A program made the translations under genes and the position numbers. Below, in pieces: positions 25,617-32,000 of a stretch of 32,000 bases of DNA (positions within the stretch are counted from its first letter, which is position 1; every line of letters starts with the position of its first letter). The DNA comes from Desulfobacterales bacterium. Its GTDB lineage: Bacteria; Desulfobacterota; Desulfobacteria; Desulfobacterales; JAHEIW01. The notes under the pieces are model-generated. The model ran no database searches and had not been told where the DNA came from. It saw only the letters and a program-made list of their open reading frames with translations. The stretch lies in contig JASFNW010000017.1 of NCBI GenBank assembly GCA_050116835.1, positions 1 through 32,000 on the forward strand, written 5' to 3'.

Positions 25617-28280
25617 ATGAGTTCGAATTTGCTTGCAAAGGCTTACAGCCCGCACAAAGTTGAGAAACGCTGGTATCAATTCTGGGAGGAAAATGGGTTA
25701 TTTGCTGCCGACGAAAAAAGCTCCCAAAAAAGCTATTCAATTGTCATTCCGCCGCCCAATGTTACCGGTGTCCTGCATATGGGCCATGCGTTGAACAACA
25801 CTCTGCAGGATATTCTGTGCCGTTATCGAAGATTGCGCGGTGACAATGTGCTCTGGATGCCGGGAACCGATCATGCTGGAATCGCCACTCAAAATGTGGT
25901 CGAGAAAAAAATGGCTGTTGAGGGCACAGATCGACACCAGCTGGGTCGGGAAAAATTTATCGCCGCCGTTTGGGAGTGGCGCAAAAAATACGGCGGTGAA
26001 ATCATCAATCAGCTTAAACGGCTTGGCGCCTCCTGTGATTGGGATCGTGAACGCTTCACCATGGATGAGGGGTTATCGCGTGCGGTGCGCAAGGTATTTG
26101 TGGATCTTTACGAGCAAGACCTTATTTATCGCGGTGATTACATCATCAACTGGTGTCATCGCTGCCACACCGCACTGGCCGACCTTGAAGTCGAACATGA
26201 GGAGATAGATGGGCATCTGTATCATATCCGCTATCCGTTTGCCGGTGACAACGGCGCCATCGTGGTGGCCACGACGAGGCCCGAAACCATGCTGGGCGAT
26301 ACGGCAGTTGCCGTGCATCCGGATGATGACCGCTACCGGGATCTTAAATCCGATTCGGTTGTGCTTCCGTTGATGGAGAGAGAAATTCCGATTATCAAAG
26401 ACAGCTATGTGGACATGACGTTTGGCACCGGTGGATTGAAAGTCACACCGGCTCACGATTCCAATGACTTTGAGATCGGCATACGCCATGATCTGCCTGC
26501 CCCCAAGGTTATCGGGGATGACGGAAAAATGACAGCCGAAGCCGGCCGGTTCAAAGGCCTGGATCGCTTCGACGCCCGCGAGGCCGTCGTCCAAGCCTTG
26601 AATGAAAAAAAGCTGCTTGAAAAAATCGAACCCTACAAGCACAGTGTCGGCCATTGTTATCGCTGCCATACAATGGTGGAACCCAATCTTTCAAGACAAT
26701 GGTTTGTAAAAGCAAAGCCCCTGGCCCGCAAAGCCATTAAAGCGGTCAAATCCGGCCAGACCCGTATCATCCCGGACACTTGGATAAGAACCTATTATGA
26801 CTGGATGGAAAATATCCGCGACTGGTGCATATCCCGTCAGATTTGGTGGGGGCATCAGATACCGGCCTGGACCTGCGACGATTGCAGCGAGGTGGCAGTC
26901 GCCATGGAAACGCCCCGATCCTGTCCGAAGTGCGGCGGCACAAAACTGGTTCAGGAAACAGATGTGCTTGACACCTGGTTCAGTTCGGCACTTTGGCCGT
27001 TTTCCACTATGGGATGGCCGGATAAAACACCCCTGCTAAAAACATTTTATCCGACATCGGTCCTGGTCACGGCATTTGACATCCTGTTTTTCTGGGTGGC
27101 ACGCATGATGATGATGGGTATTCACTTTATGAAAGATGTGCCCTTCGATGACGTTTACGTTCATGCCCTGGTGCGCGATGAACATGGCAAAAAAATGAGC
27201 AAATCCACGGGTAACGTCATCGACCCCCTTACGGTCATCGAGAAGTACGGAACGGATGCATTCCGTTTTACGCTGGCGGCCTTTGCCGCCCAGGGCCGTG
27301 ATGTGAGGATGTCCGAAAAACGAATCGAGGGGTATCGCCATTTTGTCAATAAATTGTGGAATGCGGCCCGATTTGCACTGATGCATATCGACAAACCTCA
27401 CACGGAAATTAATACCGTCGCACTGTCGCTTCCGGATCGCTGGATTTTATCTCGCCTCTATCACGTGACCCAAAAAACAGCAGAGGCAATCGATAGCTAT
27501 CGCTTCAACGATGCGGCCTCAGCGGTTTACAATTTTGTCTGGCACGAATTTTGTGATTGGTATCTGGAGGCCATCAAACCGGCCCTGTACGAAAAAGAAG
27601 GGGTTGAAAAACGCACAACCACCCTGAGTGTTTTATGGCGCGTTATGCACGACACCCTGATTTTGCTGCACCCGTTTATGCCGTTTATCACCGAGGAAAT
27701 CTGGCAAACGCTGCCGGGAACACAGGGCTCGATTATGAAAGCCGTATTTCCGGCTGATCAAAAAGACGACGCCGCTGTTGGTGCCGCAGATCGGGCTGAA
27801 GCGGATATGGACCTGTTAATTAAACTCATTTCGGCCATCCGGAATATCAGGGGCGAAATGAACATTTCTCCGTCCAAGACCTTGGCAGCTGTCGTTCAAA
27901 CCCAGGATGCAGCGGTTAACGATCTGATTGAAGCGCATCAGGATATGGTTATCAACCTCGCCAAGTTAAATGCATTCGAAGTCAATCAGAATGCCGCGCG
28001 GCCAAAATCTTCAGCCACTGCTGTGGTGGGCGCGGCCACCTTGTTTGTCCCCCTGGAGGGCATCATTGACTTTGATTTGGAAGCCCGGCGGCTTGAAAAA
28101 GAATTAAACAAGCTAATTAAAGAACTGGCAACGGTTTCCAAGAAGCTGGCAAACCGAAATTTTTTAGACAAAGCACCGCAGGATGTCGTTGAAAAGGTAA
28201 GGGCCAAACATGCCAGCCTGCAGGAAAAGCAGCAAAAGCTGCAGTCACATCTGGATAGGATCAAAGCGATCGAAACCTAA
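25617..28280 (+). CDS. valS: valine--tRNA ligase
   Basis: The protein is 887 aa. It has the HIGH-type motif (VLHMGHALN), KMSKS, a Cys-rich insertion and a C-terminal coiled coil. Confidence 0.95.
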   Translation: MSSNLLAKAYSPHKVEKRWYQFWEENGLFAADEKSSQKSYSIVIPPPNVTGVLHMGHALNNTLQDILCRYRRLRGDNVLWMPGTDHAGIATQNVVEKKMAVEGTDRHQLGREKFIAAVWEWRKKYGGEIINQLKRLGASCDWDRERFTMDEGLSRAVRKVFVDLYEQDLIYRGDYIINWCHRCHTALADLEVEHEEIDGHLYHIRYPFAGDNGAIVVATTRPETMLGDTAVAVHPDDDRYRDLKSDSVVLPLMEREIPIIKDSYVDMTFGTGGLKVTPAHDSNDFEIGIRHDLPAPKVIGDDGKMTAEAGRFKGLDRFDAREAVVQALNEKKLLEKIEPYKHSVGHCYRCHTMVEPNLSRQWFVKAKPLARKAIKAVKSGQTRIIPDTWIRTYYDWMENIRDWCISRQIWWGHQIPAWTCDDCSEVAVAMETPRSCPKCGGTKLVQETDVLDTWFSSALWPFSTMGWPDKTPLLKTFYPTSVLVTAFDILFFWVARMMMMGIHFMKDVPFDDVYVHALVRDEHGKKMSKSTGNVIDPLTVIEKYGTDAFRFTLAAFAAQGRDVRMSEKRIEGYRHFVNKLWNAARFALMHIDKPHTEINTVALSLPDRWILSRLYHVTQKTAEAIDSYRFNDAASAVYNFVWHEFCDWYLEAIKPALYEKEGVEKRTTTLSVLWRVMHDTLILLHPFMPFITEEIWQTLPGTQGSIMKAVFPADQKDDAAVGAADRAEADMDLLIKLISAIRNIRGEMNISPSKTLAAVVQTQDAAVNDLIEAHQDMVINLAKLNAFEVNQNAARPKSSATAVVGAATLFVPLEGIIDFDLEARRLEKELNKLIKELATVSKKLANRNFLDKAPQDVVEKVRAKHASLQEKQQKLQSHLDRIKAIET

Positions 28281-28294
28281 ATATCAGCGGGGTA

Positions 28295-28429
28295 CGCGTT
28301 GCGCGTTGCGGGTTTGATTTTTCCAAAATGAAAACCGATCAAATTGCAAGCGCTTCGGCCCGCAACACACGGCGCGCAACCCGAAATACGGAACGCGGAA
28401 CACCTAACCCGTGACGCGCAACCCGCAGC
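28295..28429. repeat. GC-rich octamer repeat cluster forming alternative hairpins
   Basis: GTTGCGCG and GTTGCGGG lie at 28298-28312. Their complements are CCCGCAAC (28359-28366), CGCGCAAC (28373-28380) and CGCGCAAC/CCCGCAGC (28415-28429). The last of these abuts the ATG at 28430. Confidence 0.6.
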
Positions 28430-29401
28430 ATGATACCATTACGCGATACAACACCCACCCGAAATTATCCGATTGTCAACACGACGATAATTGCTATCAA
28501 TGTTGCAGTGTATTTTATACAGCTATCTCAGGGCCCTGAAATTAACCGCTTCATTTACGTTTACGGCCTGGTGCCGGCACGCTACTCACTTCCCCAGGTT
28601 GCCGACTATTTCACCGTCGGCCAGCAGGCATTTTCGTTTTTGTCTTTCATGTTTTTGCATGGAAGTTTCTGGCATATCCTCGGCAACATGTGGTCCCTTT
28701 ATATTTTCGGCGATAACGTCGAAGACCATCTCGGTCCCGTCCGCTATGCTCTGTTTTATTTATTGTGTGGGATCGCTTCGGGACTTTCACATCTGGTGCT
28801 GAACCTGCATTCGAATTCGCCGACCATCGGAGCCAGCGGCGCTATTGCCGGAGTGATGGGGGCTTATTTTATCCTGCATCCCCGATCAAAAATTTTGACC
28901 CTGATTCCCATCATTTTCATCCCCTATTTTATTAATATCCCGGCCTATATCTTTTTGGGTCTGTGGTTCCTGTTGCAATTCATTAATGCGGCCGGCAGCC
29001 ACGGTGTTGGCGGGGGCATTGCCTGGTGGGCCCATATCGGCGGTTTTATCTTCGGCATCATTTTCTTGAAGCTGTTGGATCTACTGCCGGTAACGGGTGT
29101 GTCGCGGCTGATGCGTCAGTATACCACCAAAAGGAAAACACCCCGCCTGCAGGTCATCCGACCGGCAGCTTCCGGTGCGGCCCAGCACTTGTACGGTCAG
29201 ATCAAGATTAGCCCTCATGAGGCCAGGACCGGCACCCGCAAAATGGTCAATATTCCGCTGGGTTTTAAAAAGAGACTGTTCAACGTAAAAGTGCCGGCCG
29301 GTATCCGTGACGGAACCGTTCTTAGGTTAAAAGGCCTGGGACGGCCTTCCGGCACACGCACAAGCGGGGATCTGTATCTAAAAGTCTCAATCGAAACATA
29401 G
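28430..29401 (+). CDS. rhomboid-family intramembrane serine protease fused to a DnaJ C-terminal-like domain
   Basis: Rhomboid motifs are FLHGSFWHILGNM, GASGAIAGVMG and AHIGGFIFG. The C-terminal ~70 aa (KISPHEARTGTRKMVNIP...VKVPAGIRDGTVLRLKGLGRP...SGDLYLKVSI) match the DnaJ/CbpA CTD pattern. Confidence 0.8.
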   Translation: MIPLRDTTPTRNYPIVNTTIIAINVAVYFIQLSQGPEINRFIYVYGLVPARYSLPQVADYFTVGQQAFSFLSFMFLHGSFWHILGNMWSLYIFGDNVEDHLGPVRYALFYLLCGIASGLSHLVLNLHSNSPTIGASGAIAGVMGAYFILHPRSKILTLIPIIFIPYFINIPAYIFLGLWFLLQFINAAGSHGVGGGIAWWAHIGGFIFGIIFLKLLDLLPVTGVSRLMRQYTTKRKTPRLQVIRPAASGAAQHLYGQIKISPHEARTGTRKMVNIPLGFKKRLFNVKVPAGIRDGTVLRLKGLGRPSGTRTSGDLYLKVSIET

Positions 29402-29408
29402 AAGTGGG

Positions 29409-30362
29409 TTAGGCTTTGAGTTTGGACTTGGACTTGACGTGCGGTTCGGCCAACAGGACTGTGACGCGATTGCGTCCATTTTGTTTGGAAAAATACATGG
29501 CCTGGTCTGCTCGCCGAATAAAGGCGGATAGTTCTTCTTTGGGAAAATACTGGGTCACACCGATACTGATCGTAATCTTCGCAAATTCGCCGGAGGTCGG
29601 CTTAAAATTCTCGGCCTCCAGGGTGGCCCGGATGCGCTGGGCAACCGTTTTGGCTTCATCACCATTGGTCTCTGGCAGGATCACTGTAAACTCTTCCCCG
29701 CCGTAACGATAGGCGGAGTCATTCGTTCTCAGGCAATCTTTGATAATCTGGCTGAAGCGCACCAGCACTTTATCGCCTTCCAGGTGGCCATAGGTGTCGT
29801 TAAACTCTTTGAAGTTATCGATATCCAGCAGCAGCAAAGAGAGGGGGTGTTTGTAGCGATTAAAACGGTCGACCTCCAACTCTAATTGCGAGTAAAACGA
29901 TCTTGAATTGTAAAGTTTGGTGAGCCCGTCGGTGGTGGCCAGTTTCTGTAATTTTTCCATCATCCGGGTGCGCTCGGTACTCAACTGGCGTTCTTTGAGC
30001 ACACGTCTCATTCTGAGCAACAGCTCTTCGAGCCGCACCGGCTTAATAACAAAGTCACTGGCGCCGATATTGATCGCTTCTTCATAAGAATAGTCGTCGC
30101 TGTATCCGGTTACGACAATGACGTCGGATCCGTTTTTTTGCTTGATCACCTTGGTTAGTTCAAGTCCGCCCATTCCCGGCAAGCGGATATCGGTTATGAC
30201 CACGGCAAAATCATTGTTTTCAACCAACTCTAGTGCTTCCTCGGCAGAGGCTGCCGCCGTGGGATCAAAGCCGGCATTTGCGATGTATTCGTGGATCGTA
30301 TTTCTGACACTGGAATCGTCATCAACGATTAACACCCGAATATTTGATTTCTTTTTGCTCAT
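29409..30362 (-). CDS. response regulator receiver-GGDEF diguanylate cyclase
   Basis: The REC domain has LIVDDD...VITDIRLPGMGG. The GGDEF domain has an intact GGEEF and an RTND (RxxD) I-site five residues upstream. Confidence 0.9.
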   Translation of the reverse strand: MSKKKSNIRVLIVDDDSSVRNTIHEYIANAGFDPTAAASAEEALELVENNDFAVVITDIRLPGMGGLELTKVIKQKNGSDVIVVTGYSDDYSYEEAINIGASDFVIKPVRLEELLLRMRRVLKERQLSTERTRMMEKLQKLATTDGLTKLYNSRSFYSQLELEVDRFNRYKHPLSLLLLDIDNFKEFNDTYGHLEGDKVLVRFSQIIKDCLRTNDSAYRYGGEEFTVILPETNGDEAKTVAQRIRATLEAENFKPTSGEFAKITISIGVTQYFPKEELSAFIRRADQAMYFSKQNGRNRVTVLLAEPHVKSKSKLKA

Positions 30363-30572
30363 CAGCGTAATGAGATATTTCCCAGATTAGTCGGGAGAGC
30401 CGGGGTTGACAGGCTTCGCGAAAAATTGATAGGTAAACGCCTTTATTTAGTTTATTGTAATAATATATCCAGAAAGGCAATTTGTGTCAACTGACTTTTA
30501 GATTCTTCAACACTTTCAAGCGTCTAGCGAAACCAAGATGCCCGAAACCACACAGCCATACAGACGTATAGG

Positions 30573-32000
30573 ATGCAAAATATCAGAAATTTCAGCATTA
30601 TTGCTCATATTGATCACGGCAAATCCACTTTGTCCGACCGGCTTATCCAGATGGCGGACATTGTTTCGGATCGGGACTTCAAAGATCAAATTCTCGATAC
30701 CATGGATATCGAGCGTGAACGCGGAATTACGATCAAAAGTCAGACGATCTGCCTGCCGTACGCTGCCGCTGACAATCAATCCTATTTTTTAAATCTGATC
30801 GATACCCCCGGCCATGTGGATTTTAGTTACGAAGTCTCACGTGCCCTGGCGTCCTGCGAGGGTGCGTTACTGCTAATTGACGCCAGCCAGGGCGTTGAAG
30901 CCCAGACGTTGGCAAACCTGTATCTGGCGCTGGAACATGACCTGGAAATTTTACCGGTTATTAACAAAATCGATTTGCCGTCGGCCGATATCAATCGTGT
31001 CAAGAAGCAAATTGAAGATGATCTGGGACTTGATCCGCAAGCCGCGCTCCAGGTTTCGGCCAAACAGGGTCTTGGAATCGATCAGGTTCTTGAGGCCATC
31101 GTCACAAAACTGCCGCCACCCGAAGGGCGTGCCGACAGGCCGTTACAGGCGCTTATTTTCGATTCACATTATGACGCCTATCGCGGTACTGTTGTGCATC
31201 TGCGCGTTTTTCATGGACAGATCAGGCCCGGAGACAAGATTATTTTCAAATCAAATCAGGCAGCCTACCGCGTCGAGGAAGTCGGCATTTTTCAGCTAAA
31301 ACGCGTGCCGCTCAAAACGCTTTCCGCCGGCGAGGTGGGGTACATTATTGCCGGCATCAAAAAAATCAGCGACACACGCTGCGGCGACACGATCACCCAT
31401 GAGGATCAGCCCTGCGATGCCGCATTGCCGGGCTTTAAAGTGACCAAGCCGGTGGTTTTTTCTTCGATATATCCCACCGCATCGGACGGCTACGAGGAGC
31501 TGGCAGTCGCAATGGAAAAGCTAAGCCTGAACGATGCCGCTTTGGTTTATGAGAAAGACAGCTCGGCGGCCCTGGGGTTTGGCTTCCGTTGCGGATTTTT
31601 GGGCCTATTACATCTTGAAGTCGTTCAGGAAAGACTTGAGCGTGAATATGATCTTTCACTTATTCTGACTGCTCCATCTGTCCAATATCAGCTGGTCATG
31701 AATGATGGGGCGGAATTAACCATCGACAATCCCGCTTACTACCCGGATCCGACTCGCATTGACAAGACCCGGGAACCTTATATCCGGGCAGCGATTATAA
31801 CACCGGATCGTTATATGGGGGCGGTGATGACTTTGTGCCTTGAACGGCGCGGCCTCAACAAAACCTACCACTATCTCATCAGCGATCGCATGGAAATGAT
31901 ATTTGAAATGCCGCTGGCTGAGGTTATTTATGATTTTTATGACCGGCTCAAATCCATCACCCAGGGATACGGGTCCTTTGACTATGATGTCATCGACTAT
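30573..32000 (+). CDS. lepA: translation elongation factor 4 (LepA), 3' end beyond the window
   Basis: It is absent from the track because it is edge-truncated. Manual translation from the ATG at 30573 gives MQNIRNFSIIAHIDHGKSTLSDRL...LIDTPGHVDF...NKIDLP. The frame is open to 32000 (476 codons). Confidence 0.93.
   Translation, partial: MQNIRNFSIIAHIDHGKSTLSDRLIQMADIVSDRDFKDQILDTMDIERERGITIKSQTICLPYAAADNQSYFLNLIDTPGHVDFSYEVSRALASCEGALLLIDASQGVEAQTLANLYLALEHDLEILPVINKIDLPSADINRVKKQIEDDLGLDPQAALQVSAKQGLGIDQVLEAIVTKLPPPEGRADRPLQALIFDSHYDAYRGTVVHLRVFHGQIRPGDKIIFKSNQAAYRVEEVGIFQLKRVPLKTLSAGEVGYIIAGIKKISDTRCGDTITHEDQPCDAALPGFKVTKPVVFSSIYPTASDGYEELAVAMEKLSLNDAALVYEKDSSAALGFGFRCGFLGLLHLEVVQERLEREYDLSLILTAPSVQYQLVMNDGAELTIDNPAYYPDPTRIDKTREPYIRAAIITPDRYMGAVMTLCLERRGLNKTYHYLISDRMEMIFEMPLAEVIYDFYDRLKSITQGYGSFDYDVIDY

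Noticed and set aside
26073-26669. A 198-aa minus-strand ORF.
   Set aside because: It is antisense to valS and has no motifs.

Overview
The window looks like a chromosomal segment of an anaerobic, Desulfobacterota-like bacterium. That assignment is inferred from gene content only. Two blocks are ordinary backbone. The left block (1-4429, minus strand) is a respiratory operon: cytochrome b, Rieske protein and an octahaem cytochrome c. The right block (23016-32000) holds tRNA-Phe, rsmE, a hyper-acidic protein, valS, a rhomboid protease, a response-regulator diguanylate cyclase and lepA.

Between them lies about 18 kb of accessory-looking DNA (about 4.7-23.0 kb). It contains a STAS-like gene, a BCCT transporter, and a lipid/polyketide locus. 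That locus has a divergent thioester-reductase-like SDR, a 2637-aa megasynthase and a PPTase. Beyond it are an MFS transporter plus O-methyltransferase pair, and an AT-rich secreted SNase/OB-fold nuclease.

The accessory interval is punctuated by three partial copies of the 3' end of the adjacent tRNA-Phe, at 4688, 18135 and 21179. This suggests serial island insertion at tRNA-Phe, but no integrase is visible.

The megasynthase domain order is NMO-like, NMO-type ER, KS, AT, ACP, KR, DH, which reads like PUFA-synthase PfaD fused to PfaA. I consider this locus the best candidate for an undescribed system.

Other signals:
- ACAGGAT-unit palindromic elements sit in both intergenic gaps of the cytochrome operon. 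One of them encloses a GxxExxY-family gene killed by an in-frame TAA.
- A roughly 190-bp dispersed repeat has two copies.
- The valS leader is structured, and a GC-rich octamer repeat lies in front of the rhomboid gene.

The two edge-truncated genes (cytochrome c at 1-1647 and lepA at 30573-32000) are absent from the supplied ORF track and were found by manual translation. No CRISPR array, rRNA or recognisable transposase/integrase was seen. All homology statements come from motif recognition by eye, not from searches.
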